Shown: piece by piece, positions 39,134-50,650 of the stretch
How the letters are laid out: every line of letters begins with the position of its first letter
Numbering within the stretch: the stretch's first letter is position 1
Source: Lama guanicoe
Lineage: Eukaryota
Direction of reading: 5' to 3'
DNA length: 64,000 nucleotides
Assembly: GCA_013239625.1 (NCBI GenBank)
Contig: MU054187.1
Coordinates: 11,367,231-11,431,230 of the forward strand
Translations under genes and position numbers: made by a program
Notes under the pieces: model-generated
The model's input: only the letters and a program-made list of their open reading frames with translations
Told to the model about the DNA's origin: nothing
The model's database searches: none

Positions 39134-40840
39134 GTCCCTGAAGATACTTCAATAAGCTGCAAATATATAAAACCAAAGGCAAATTTAATGTAATAAACCA
39201 TATACTTTAAGATGTAGCTAAAATTTTGAGGTCTTTTTAATCAATATACTGTCCTTTCCCCAGACCCGTTTTAACTGACGTTTCCAATGCACCCTTGTTT
39301 AAGAACGTCAATAATCTTTTCCTTATTCTCTTGGATCTCATTTGCCACCATGGAAACTAGTGACCATTATCAGACCCTTTAGACACTTTGTAGCATCTGC
39401 CTTCAGGAATATCAGGTCCTTCTGGCTTTTTTCATAATTTTTTTAGATAACTCTGAGTTTTTTGTTTTGGGGGTTTGATGTTTGTTTGTTGCTAATTTCT
39501 GTTTGAAAGAAGCTGGACAAATCTTAGTCTTGCACTTTGCATTCTCTAAAATGCTCCTGGTAAGCTCATTTTTATGTTCTTAGTTCCTACCTTTGTGGGG
39601 TGACTCTCAGAAGTACATTTCTCGCTGTAACCTCTCACTTCATTCTTCTCACTGCTTACCTCTTTCTGTCTATTCTCTTCCTCCATGGGAAGACAGACGG
39701 AAAGCCTAGAAAATTTAAATTTCCTTATTTCTATTTTTACAATGCAACAGATCACTGAAAAAAATCCAATTTAGACATGAATGAAACAAAAACTAAAACC
39801 TGTCCCTCCCCCTCACCGTACCCCAGGCATAACCAACAGAAACGATTTAGATGACTCTTCAAGGTTCCCTCCAATGTCAAGATTCACAGTGTTGGGAGAA
39901 AGGGAAGAAAAGCAAACATTGTTGACAGAGGATCTCATCAGTTAGCCAAGAATTTTCCCAAAGGTGTTCCAGGTCAGAGACGCACACTTTTCAGCTGTCG
40001 TTGGTGGCTGGAAGAGATTTACTACCAGAGGGGTGTAAAGATGTTACTGCACCAGAAGGACACTGCTGTCTGTCTTCTTTGCTTGGAGTTGTAATAAATT
40101 CGATGGGGAAATAGGCTTTCTAGGGATTAACAGTAGATGAACTTTGCCAGCTAGGGGGTTTTTTAAAGAAGAAATTAGCTCCTTCGTGGTTTCACGTATA
40201 TCATAAAGAAGCTAGCACACCCTGAAGGCTTCCTCTAAAGAAAAAAAGTGGTGTATGGGAAACTTGAAAGTCAAAATTAAAGGAAAAGGGCCTTGTAAAC
40301 GGACCCAAGAAAATGTGAGAACTATGTCGATTGGCATGGGGGTGGGGCAGGGAGGGCGAATACCGCCTTCTTGCTGTCATAATCCTGTTTCGCTTCACTC
40401 TAAGGATAAACTAAGTGTATTCTGGCTAAATTTGGCTTCGAATAATTGCATGCTGCTGGCCTAATCTGCCCTGCTGCTGTGAGTGGTAGCACTGGCCCTT
40501 TTTTTCTCTGTCTTAACCATGGAGTGGCCATTGCTTTGTTCTAGAAATGATTTCTTTGCCCCACCCCTGAGGGGTTGATTTCTGTGTTGAGTGGGTGGTT
40601 CTGTCTCTCACATACTTCGAGTATGTGGGCATTTGTAAAGTTCTGTGTTATCTTCAGATTAAAAAAAAAAAACCCACAGAACATCATCACTCAGCAACTC
40701 CTATGTGATCCCAGGCATTTAGAACTTAGGACAGTTTCAAGACTTTTAAGCGGAAAAAAAGTGAATTAAGTTTGTAACGAGGGCCTGTAGCCTTAGAGAT
40801 GAAAGGCAGGCTTAACTATGGAACCAGGTATACTAGAGGG

Positions 40841-42626
40841 CAACAGTTCCCCAACCCTTTGGGCTCGAGATCCCCTTATATTATTAAAGTTGTGTTTTTA
40901 ACCCTTTTAAATTATTAAGCTTGTGTTTATGGGGATTTATAGCTATTGATACTTAGAAATTCAAACTGAGAACTTTGAAAATATTTATTAATTAAAAAAC
41001 AATAAATCTATCACATGTTAAATAATACATTTTATGGAAAATAACTGTATTTAACAAATCAAAAAAATATTGGTGACTAAAGTGGCATTGTTCTACATTC
41101 TTGCAAAGCTAATATTTATCTGAATAAAAGAATACTGGGTTCTTACATCTGCTTTTGCATTTAATCTGTCGAAAGATACTGTTTTGTTTGAAGTGTAGGA
41201 TTAAAATTCAGCCTCACGTGGATAAATAGTTAGAACAGGAGAAGAATTTCAAAAGCTTTTTCAGATACTTGTAAATCTTCTTTGAGACTATCCCAAAACT
41301 TGACAAGTGGTGATCTGTTTTTTTTATTGAAGTAGAGTTGATTTACAGCGTTTCAGTGTTCAGCAAAGTGATTCAGTTGGACATGTATCTATGTTCTTTT
41401 TCATATTCTTTTTCATTATAGGCTGTTACAAGCTATTGAATATAGTTCCCTGTACTCTACAGTAGGACCTTGTTGTTTAGCTATTTTATATATAGTAGTG
41501 TGTATCTGCAGATCCGAAACTCCCAGTTTATCCTTTCACTCCCTCCTTCCCCTTCTGGTAACTATAAGTTTGTTTTCTGTGTCTGTGAATCTGTTTCTGT
41601 TTTGTAAATAAGTTTATTTGTATCATTTTTTTAGATTCCACGAATAAGTGATACAAGTGATATTTGTCTTTCTCTGACTTACTTCACTTAGTAGGATCGT
41701 CTCTGGGTCCATCCATGTTGCTGCAGATGGCATTATTTCATTCTATTTGATGGCTGAATGTTCCAGACAAGCGGTGATTCTTAAAGGCGACCTGTAATAA
41801 GAAATCTTGAAACCTATCAGTAAGCTGTTCGTATTCTATTATAACTAAAAACCAATGGTCGTCTTTTACTTTGAATTTTTTTTATTCATGTATGATTTTG
41901 TAGCATTATATTTGGTCTTTTGGGAAATATTGGTTCATTGAATTATCCAGAGTCTAAATGTTAGCAAATCTCATTTTAAAATATCAAAAAATAGCATTTG
42001 TTAATATCAGCATCAACGTCATCAGAAAGAAAGGTTTTACATATTAGGAGGCTGCCAAGTTCACAGTGGCAGACACCAGTTTTCTAAAAATTCTGCTTTT
42101 GACTTGAAAGCTAGATTTCTATCATTGCCAACAAATACAACAAATATCATCAGCTGTTTTCCTTGAAATGACAGTCTCGTTCCATTCATAACTTGAGAAA
42201 ATGTCTGCCAAAAATCCAAGTCCAAAGAATGCTTTCAAGTAAAAATAGGAAAAAAAAATGTGTTTCGTTCATCTTGCAACTCAATCACACAAGTACTTTT
42301 CCTCAACAGGTATCACACTTCCGTAGGCAGCAAAAACAGAAAATTTAAGAGAAGAGATGTATATTCAAGGGTTAAGGTTTAATAAATTGAATCATTTTAT
42401 TGCTTCATCTTCAGTGAAACTGTTTTTTTTTTAAAAAACTACAAGTGAGGCTCTGGACATTCATACAAAAGCAGTCTTACCCACCGTTGCTCTTAGACCA
42501 TCAGTGCAAATGTCAACAAAGTGAAAAAAGGAAACGCAGTGTCAGTATTCTTATCGAAATCATCCTGGTCTTATGGACTCCACCTCCCCAAAAGGTGCCC
42601 CCCAGATTACACCCCGACAACCACTG
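40841..42626 (-). mobile_element. hAT DNA transposon fossil (Charlie1a-like), interrupted by an L1
   Basis: Decayed terminal repeats CAACAGTTCCCCAAC ... GACAACCACTG. Minus-strand transposase remnants LGFLADIFS (42194-42220) and TIYPREAEF (about 41203-41230; hAT TTYLCEAGF motif). Confidence 0.88.
41315..41765 (-). mobile_element. L1 3'UTR fragment nested in Charlie1
   Basis: TSD GACAAGTGGTGAT (41302-41314) and GACAAGCGGTGAT (41766-41778); poly-T plus ATTGAAGTAGAGTTGATTTACA. Confidence 0.92.
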
Positions 42627-45600
42627 CGGTCGATAAGCACATAGTCACCATCCCCTTTACCTCAGCACCGGCTGCCCAGACATGGGGACCTCTTAAAGCT
42701 ACCGGGGCAATGAGGGCTTTGATTTAGCACAGGGTTTTCTAGACGAATGTATGTGAACTGGACGTTCTGTCCAGTTGGCTTGAGGTCCCCAGTCTTTTCT
42801 TTCTTTTATATGTGACTTGAAACTTTTAATGTCACATTGATAGTTGGCTTGACTGCCCAAACCAAATGCTGTAAACTTTCCACACCAACTGGCCATAGCT
42901 ACAATTGGTGTTTTCATTTTAGGGCTTGAAGAAAAGGCAGCTTGTGTTCTGATCCTGATTCATGAATTCAGACCCATCCCTCAAGCTCACTTTCCATGTG
43001 TGAGAAAAACCTCTTCTGACATTTCTCCCATTTTTAGCTATTCCTCAGGACAAATCGTTCGTCTCTAAGGATGCCTGTCATCTGCCACAAAGTATCCTAT
43101 TCAAACATTGCATCCTTGTCTCCTTTGTCAAGGTCTGCATTTTGTTTGTCAGGTTTTTTTTTTCTTTTCTTCTCCACTTCTTTTCCTTCTGGAGCTGGAA
43201 ACCAGGCAGTGAGAGGGTGACAGGTTCTGAAAGGTCATTTTTATATACAGAATTGTCTGTGTGCTGTTTTCTTCAGCCTGGTGTGTTCTGTGTGTTTTAG
43301 TGAAGGAAGATAGGATAAAAGGGAGTGCCCCTGCTGGCCAGGGCTGTCTGAAAGTTTAATTTTCTTTACCACACAATTTCTCAGCTTTTGACATATGAAT
43401 CCCCTGAATTGATAATACTTTGTGGCAGGAAAAAAAAAAATAGGCCTATTTTGCACCTTTAAGTCTCCAGAAAGGGAAGCCACTTTATAGGTAAAGCAGG
43501 CATCCTGTCCGCTGTCCATTTTCTTTCTTAGGAAATGATTTTTAATGTGCTTTATACAAGGTGCCATTCAGGCTAATTTTCTTTTTCCCAAAGGAAGAAG
43601 TGAAGTAAATAAGATTTGAAAAAAAAAAAATAATAACCAGGAGCGCTGAGTGTGGTCCAGGGAATGTTACCAGCATCTTAATTGTCCAGAATGCTGTTTC
43701 ACTTGTGACGCCGTGTCCTCCACGCAGTGAGCCTGACCGTATTTTCTGGGTCACCCTTGCCAGCGGAGATTGCTTTATACCACAGCAGATGCAAGCATCC
43801 CGGCTCACTCTCTCTCCCCACACCCTTGCCGGCTTTGAGAGGTGGGCAAAATGTTGCTCCTTAAAGAATCAACCCTCTTAGGAACTTCTGTGTGTAACTC
43901 TTTTCGCCCAATGCTCGCTCTGTGGGAGAAAGCCATTGTTTCACTTCTTTCTTTCGCTTTCCTGTCCTTTCGTGCTTGTATCAGTTTTCTCACGATTTAA
44001 AACAAATGCCCAGAAACCAAACAGTCAGGGCAGAACAATTGCAGGTCCAGTGTGCAGAGCAATCACTGCAACAACCCCGAGTTATTACAAACACACACAG
44101 ACACACACCAAACCCTGTGCTGTTGACTTTCTCAGAACCACAGGATCCATCGGAGGGGGCTTGCTTGCAGCTCTGCGGATAACGTGGTCAGGGCTGCCTG
44201 GCTGCAGACACTGGATTTTTGTTTTAAAACCTAGTTCTTGTTGAGTCTCTCTCTCTCCATCCCGCCCCTCCCTCTGGAAGAATAATTACAGGCTGCGGAG
44301 TGAAAAGCATTAGAACTGTTTACAAAACAGCTCATAAAGTTTAAAATAATAGGGGTGTGTGTGTTTGTGTAAAACAATGTGTATGGCAGAGGGGAGGGGG
44401 GAGACAGTACACCGTCTTTCTTCTTTCTTCGTTCACTGCCTCATGTCACCCTCCAGCATTTAAGGCGTGGAAGTGAGCGATGGAGTCCCGTTCCTTCTGC
44501 TTTGCAGTCCTCACCCTTAATTCATTGTGCTTATTTATCTGATGCCGGTTTATTGTTGAGGATCAAAAGACAGACCCTCAGGTATGTGGGGGCAGAGTGG
44601 CTGCTGGAGCGGGCTGCTGTCTAATTAACTTTAGGGCAGCCGAAATTCCCATACAGATGCTCCCTCATGACATCCAAGAGATGGATTTTTTTTTTTTAAT
44701 GAGCCCCTTGCTATCTTTCAGACATCCAGGAGAAAAGCTTTCAGCAGGTTAGCATTCTAAAGTGGAAGGGGCAACTTCCCAACCCTTTCAAAAGTCTCCT
44801 CCCGTGCAGATTTGCAAAGATTTTGTAGCACTCCCCTCTAAATTTGATTTTTCTTTTTTTAATGTGAAAGGGTCGCCTCTAATCTTCAGCCTCAGAGCCA
44901 ATCAATCATTTCGCTTTGCAGGTTGAGATCTGCTGCAGCAAAGTCAAACCTCGGTGCTGGCGGCGCTGCACCAGGTCTGGACAGTAGTAGGGCTGGTGCT
45001 GACAGTCGGAGGAGGGCTCTGTCCCCTTAGGCGCCGACGCGCTGAGGATGTGGGCTGGACCGAGGGACCAGCCTAGCCCGGAGGAAGCGTCCCTTCTCCT
45101 GGTGATTGATGGAGGACAGTTAGGAGCTTTTTAGAGGCTGGGAAAGGTTGCCCTCCCAGTCACTGACTATGAAGTCTTTGTCAGCAGAAAGAACTCTCCT
45201 GGGTAGTGAGTGACATCATGCAGATGACAAATGACAGCTTTGCGTTTCATTCTGCTTGATAAGTACTCAGTAGCCTACACAGGTGAGTCAATGCTCCCCC
45301 AGCACGCCCCCCGTGCCAGCTGCTCCCCGTGCAGCCACTCCGGCGCACTGTGGTGTCACAGGCACTGTCAGTCATTCGTTTTGGGGGAATGTTTAAAGTA
45401 CCGTTAAAGTGTGAGCAGAGATGATACTCATATCACCGTCTTTATAATTATGAAGTGAAGATATTACTGGAGTCATCTGTTAGCAGTTGCTTCTGCCTTT
45501 TGAAGTACAGATTTTAAATTATATATATTTATATGCATAATTATACATATATAGTTATGCTGTTTCAAGAGAGTTATTTCAGACCAAAACTCTGTATCAA

Positions 45601-45649
45601 AATCCTTGACTGACATTTCCTTTGTGTTTTTTTTTCCTCCCCCTTCCAG

Positions 45650-45722
45650 GACCCCATCTGCAGATGTTCTGAATACCTCTGGGTATAGAAACTGATTATT
45701 CAACCAGGATACCCAGTTCAAG
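45650..45722 (+). other. SULF1: SULF1 non-coding 5'UTR exon (73 nt)
   Basis: Branch-like CTGAC (45610-45614), long pyrimidine tract, CCAG| acceptor (AG 45648-45649) and AAG|GTACGG donor. The sequence resembles my recollection of the human SULF1 5'UTR exon preceding the ATG exon. Followed by a 329-nt intron. Confidence 0.85.
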
Positions 45723-46051
45723 GTACGGGCTCTCATGAGAAAGCTTTTCCATCTGAGCTCTGTGTTGGAAATTCTATTTTGGCAACGAATTTTGAAATCG
45801 GAAAAGTTGGAATGGGAATAAAGGACAAAAGTGAATTTGCAAAATAATCAAGCGCTTAAAAAAAAAAATAACACAAAAAAAGACCCACCGCCTGGAAGGG
45901 TTTGCTGCTGCTTCTGACTCACGGGCAGCCCTTCCTCTGCCAGTTTATGTGCCAGTTCTCACTGAGCGCTTGTAGCCCTTTCTCTGCAACTGTGTTTGGG
46001 GTTTGGATTTCATTTTCGTCTCTCCCTCTCCCTTTTTCTCTGACTGCCCAG

Positions 46052-46109
46052 ACCTGCAGGAACCAAGAGACAGACATTTTGTCAGTTTTGCGACATTGGA
46101 CCAAACACA
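46052..46109 (+). other. SULF1: 5'UTR part of the SULF1 ATG exon
   Basis: Pyrimidine tract 46008-46040, then CCCAG| acceptor (AG 46050-46051); 58 nt to the ATG. Confidence 0.85.
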
Positions 46110-46281
46110 ATGAAGTATTCTTGCTGTGCTCTGGTTTTGGCTGTCCTGGGCACGGAACTGGTGGGGAGCCTCTGTTCAACTGTCAGGTCCCCGAGGTTCA
46201 GAGGACGGATACAGCAGGAGCGCAAAAACATCCGACCCAACATCATCCTTGTGCTCACCGATGATCAAGACGTGGAGCTGG
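46110..46281 (+). CDS. SULF1: SULF1 first coding exon (codons 1-57 plus first base of Gly58): signal peptide and start of the sulfatase domain
   Basis: Translates [57 protein letters not shown], the recognisable Sulf-1 N-terminus with the [10 protein letters not shown] metal-binding motif. ATG has A at -3. Ends at the phase-1 donor G|GTGAGA (GT at 46282-46283). Confidence 0.98.
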
Positions 46282-47639
46282 GTGAGATGCTGGATTTTTC
46301 GCTTGTTAGTCTCTTTTGCTCAAAGGATTTGCTGATCTGCCTTGTCAGTGTCAGCGAACATTTAGGGGTTTGGCACTTAATTGTAGAACTTTAACCAACA
46401 GCCGAGGTTATAAAAGGTACTTGTATTGGTTATAAGGCATTTGGTTTGTGTTTCAACATTACTTTTCTGGTCTTAAGTTTTTGTAGCAGTCGAGGGTGGG
46501 GGGCAGGAGACTAGGACGGAGGGCGGGAGTAAGCATGAGACTGGAGGTCAAGGATTTGGATCGTGCACCTTGGAAACGTCAAGAAATTTTTTGAATAGGT
46601 GGGCAAAGTTGTTTGAAAGAGTACAGGACTGTGACTGTAACTGTGCAATGCATATGAACATAGGTGGATACAAAAGAAACTTTTCAATTGTCATTGTTAT
46701 TAAGGTGAATGGCTTATTCACAGCTTGGAATTGTCAGGGCGTTGAAAGTTAACAACATTCTGGGTATCTTCAGGGAGTAATTCACCACCACCACCTTCGA
46801 TATGATGCTTTTCTGAAGAATTTGCTCCCCTGGGTTAATTCTAGAGCACTTAGAAAGCCTGCCAAAGTTCGGTGTTTCCAGCTTAGCTTCGGCCTCACCT
46901 GATGGGTTTCTCACCTTCGCACCTTCTCTATGGCTTTGCCTGTAAGCGTAGGGTCAGGTTCTTCTAGGGTCCCCCAGAACAGATAAAAAGCTTGCCTTTA
47001 CAGATTGTGGCCACCACTTATTTCCATTCCTGGACCCAAATTCCTCCCTCTCAGGAACCACCCAGCTAGGCTTACCCATCACACTCAACTTGACCATCTC
47101 TAGTATCTTTTAGATACTTTGTGCCAGCAGAGCACGCTTGGGCTTCCTTACAGAGCTCCTCTGGCCAGGGTTTTTGAGGCTAAAACCCTCCAGGCTGGAA
47201 CTAGATCCTCAGGGAAGGGGACTTTGAGTTCCAGTTGGAAACCACACCACAGAATCCCGACAAAGTAAGCTCTTCAGGTTCAGCTGGAATCAAAGGCACT
47301 AAAAGCCAGCAGAGGTCATGATTGCTGAAGGCGATTTGCAGAGTCTGCTCTCTCTCTCTCTCATTTACTTTTGAAACAAGACACTGGATTTTCAGGCAAC
47401 ATGCCAAAAATGAAAAGTCTTATAGGTATGACTTTGTATGTGGCTGGTGGCTGAAGTTTTCATTCACTTACAGAGCAAGTAAAATGAAGCGAACATCTTT
47501 GAAGTCGCCTTTCTTAACATGTCTCAGATTCGTTCCTTTCAACGAAGCGGTTCTCTTCTCTCCCAGTTTTTCCCTAACTGGTTGGTCACCTGACCCACCT
47601 GTCCCCTCTGGTCCCCCCGCCTGTTTGCTTTATGCAAGT

Positions 47640-48175
47640 ATCTGATTAAGTCTCTTTTGCTTAAAACCTGCCATGGCTTTCCTTTGCCAAGAGGATTAAG
47701 CCCTCTCCTCTGCAGGCAGATGAGCCCTGGACCATCACCCCTTCTCCTGCATCTCTGTAAGTTTATTTTCCTTTCCCCCTTTTCTGCTCTGTGCTTTGTG
47801 GAGACGCCTCCCACCTCCCTGAAGATGTCTGATGGTTTCATCTCCCATTCCTGTATTTTATGCCTTTGTACATCTCATCCACTCTGCCTTTCCCCTCTTT
47901 CTCCACCTGGAAAAGCCCCACCTATTCTTCATGACCCAGTTCAGATGCCTTGCCCTTGGGGGTCTTCCTTCACCGAAACTGTCCTGCCCTCCAGCAGACG
48001 GATGGAACTTTCCTTTGCACCACCTTGGACCTTCCCGCAGTATGACCCTTAATCCACCTGTCTGTTCCACTTGACCGAGAGCCACTAGAGGGTGGGGAGT
48101 GTTTTATTTATGTTGCAGTCCTGACTCGGACTGTCTGGGAATATAGCAGGTGCTAAGCAAACTGAGTAAAGTTGA
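47640..48175 (+). mobile_element. L2 remnant
   Basis: GCTTAAAACCTGCCATGGCTTTCC...ATTCTTCATGACCCAGTTCAGATG...ATAGCAGGTGCT. Confidence 0.7.
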
Positions 48176-48344
48176 CAGGGACCCCATAAGGGCCTGAAAA
48201 AGCCAACACAATTCCCAGAAATAAATACAAGTCTCCATCATGATCTGCCTCTTCAACATATAGCCCTTGTCTTTAAAATAAATTAAGGAATTGTTTGATA
48301 AATGTATTTTTAATAGAATTCAAAATTTCACCATTATCCTGCAG

Positions 48345-48800
48345 TTCATTCATTCATTCAATAAATATTTACCAAGCAATTATCAAATACTGACTTCTGC
48401 TGGAAGCACATGGATATGATGGTGAAGAGTCACAGACCAGGTTCCATCAGCTCAGCTCTTTCCTGAATATTTGCTTTGACTTCCTTGATTTTCCAGCCAG
48501 ATACCATGCTAAACATTCTCTCACCTAATCTTCACAATCTTCACAATCTAGCTCCATGAAGTAGTTGTTACTACTCTCTCCAGCTTATGCTTATGGCAGA
48601 TGAGACGTAGAGAAGTCGAGCAGGCTGGGATGAGCTAGGAAATGGTGAACCCGGTACCTGGATTTCCACAGCTACACAGTTAGCCGTGACCCCATTTATC
48701 AGTCCTCTTTCAACAAATACTTGTTGAGACCTTCCTAAATGCAACCTGTAATTCCTAGGCTCTGAGAAAACAGAAGCATGAGATGAGTCTGATTATCCCA
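48345..48800 (-). mobile_element. Cluster of L2 3' ends and a MIR fragment
   Basis: TTCATTCATTCATTCAATAAATATTTA (48345), reverse MIR AATCTTCACAA...CCATGAAGTAG (about 48530) and TTCAACAAATACTTGTTGAG (about 48709). Confidence 0.65.
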
Positions 48801-49004
48801 TGGGCAGAATAAGTGGATGGTGAACCACAGTGAGCCATGGGTTAAGAGTTTAGGGAAGACCTCTTTTCTTGGCAGAAAACTTACGTTCTTGGTAGTGGGT
48901 ACTGTTTGAATGGAGACTTTTGCCTGGTTGATTGTAATGTTCTCATAATTCTTCCTGAAATTTACTGTTCTAGACTTTAATTGGCTTTTGGTTTGGGGTT
49001 GGGT

Positions 49005-49720
49005 TTTTTTAATCATCTTAACCATTTTTGAGTGTACAGTTCAATAGTGTTAAGTACATTCACATTATTGTGCAACCAATCTCCAAAACTCTTATCTTAA
49101 TTAAAACTCAGTAGCTATTCAACATTAATGCCCCCTCTCCCCAGCCCTTGGCAACCACCATTCTACTTTCTGTCTCTATGAATTTGACTGCTCTGGGTAC
49201 TTCATATAAGTGGAATCATTCAATTTTTGTCTTTTTGTGACTGGCTTGTTTCAGTTCAGGTAATGTCCTCCCTCACTGTTCATCTGTGTAACAGCATGTC
49301 TCAGGATGTCCTTCCTTTTGAAGGCTGCATAATATTCCATTGTGTGTATATCCATATTATATTATCCATACATCTGTTGATAGGCATTAATGTGGCTTCG
49401 CTTTTCAATTATTGTGGGTATGGCTACTTCGAATATAGTAGCATTAACATAAGTATCTCTTTGAGGCTCTGCTTGCAATTATTTGGGGGTTTTTACCCAA
49501 ACATGGAGTTGCTAGAACATCAGACAATTCTATTTTTAATTTTCTGAGGAACTGCGATACTGTTTTCCATAGCAACTGCATTCCTACCAGCAGTGCATAA
49601 GAGTTCGGGCTGGTTGCAACCTCAATTTCTCCACATTCTTGCCAACATTTGTTATTTTCTGGTTTTCTGATAACAGCCAGCCTCATGGGTGTGAGATGGT
49701 ATCTCACTGTGGTTTCGATA
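49005..49720 (-). mobile_element. Older L1 (L1MB-like) 3' end with ORF2 remnant
   Basis: CCATTTTTGAGTGTACAGTTCAATAGTG..CATTCACATTATTGTGCAACCA, GGCAACCACCATTCTACTTTCTGTCTCTATG; peptide IETTVRYHLTPMRLAVIRKPENNKCWQECGE. Confidence 0.9.
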
Positions 49721-50429
49721 TGGTTTGGGTTTGGGTTTTTTTGGTTTTTTGGTTTTTTTTTTTTACTTACATGTAATTGTGTTTGCCAAATATTGAATAA
49801 ATCTTTGCCTAAGCAAAGCTTCTGCACCTGTAATACTGCAGGCATTTTTGGCTTCTGTGCCTCCAGAAGGATATAACAGACCTAGGAAAGGCTTAGGAAA
49901 ACCATTACAAAAATCGTAGTAGAATACATTTCCTTTTGGGTAAGAATAAAACAATTCTCTCTCTTTCTCTGGAAAGACAAAGGCTGAGAAGGATTGCAGT
50001 CCAAGTTTATAAAATCAAGCTGGGAAGGAATGCTCTTATTCTGTAGGGGGGGCCCCTCCCTCAACTTGGAGGACAAATAAAATAAACTTTTTACTTCATG
50101 AAGGGAGTAAGACACATAAGGAATTTATTAATAAAAGCGCTAGAACCTTATGTGTGGATAACGCTTTGTCTTTTTCTAAAGACCATTTATTATGATTGCA
50201 TTTTACTGTCACCCCACCCATCTTGGGTGGGTGGGACAAAGATCATTATCCCAGGAGAAAACTTAATCCGTGCAAAGATTAAGTGATTTAACCAATGGTC
50301 CCCGGACTTCTGGATTTGTTTTTTTCACAACTTACGAAGTAGTTCAGATTGTGCCTCTACTTGTAAATAGGTCAGGTTCTTAGACTACATTAATGGGTGG
50401 GAGATTTACACTGATTTTTAAGAGTTTAG

Positions 50430-50650
50430 GAAAACACAGATGGACATGATGAACATGAAGTTTGGGCTGATGGTTACCTCTGGGGAAGGAGGGGGAACCA
50501 AGAACATCAGTGGTATCCACATTTCATTTTAAAACTTTAAAACTGTCTGAAGCAGCTGTGATCAAATGTTAAGCTTTGATAAAGCTAGGAGACACGTTAT
50601 TTATTCTGCTTTTCCCTGCATTTGAAATATTTTACAAATCAAAAAGAAGC
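50430..50650 (+). mobile_element. Ancient L1ME-like 3'-end fragment
   Basis: TGGTTACCTCTGGGGAAGG...TTTGAAATATTTTA; decayed. Confidence 0.5.

Larger units (their letters stand above)
1..45649 (+). other. SULF1: Probable long 5'UTR intron of SULF1 (upstream exons presumably outside the window)
   Basis: The strong acceptor at 45649 needs an upstream donor, and no other recognisable gene lies in this stretch. Mammalian SULF1 is known to have distant non-coding upstream exons. Extra UTR exons inside this span cannot be excluded. Confidence 0.6.

Noticed and set aside
46282..46394. ORF-track extension of the first coding exon (EMLDFSLV...)
   Set aside because: Read-through past the splice donor into intron; Sulf-1 similarity stops at the GT.
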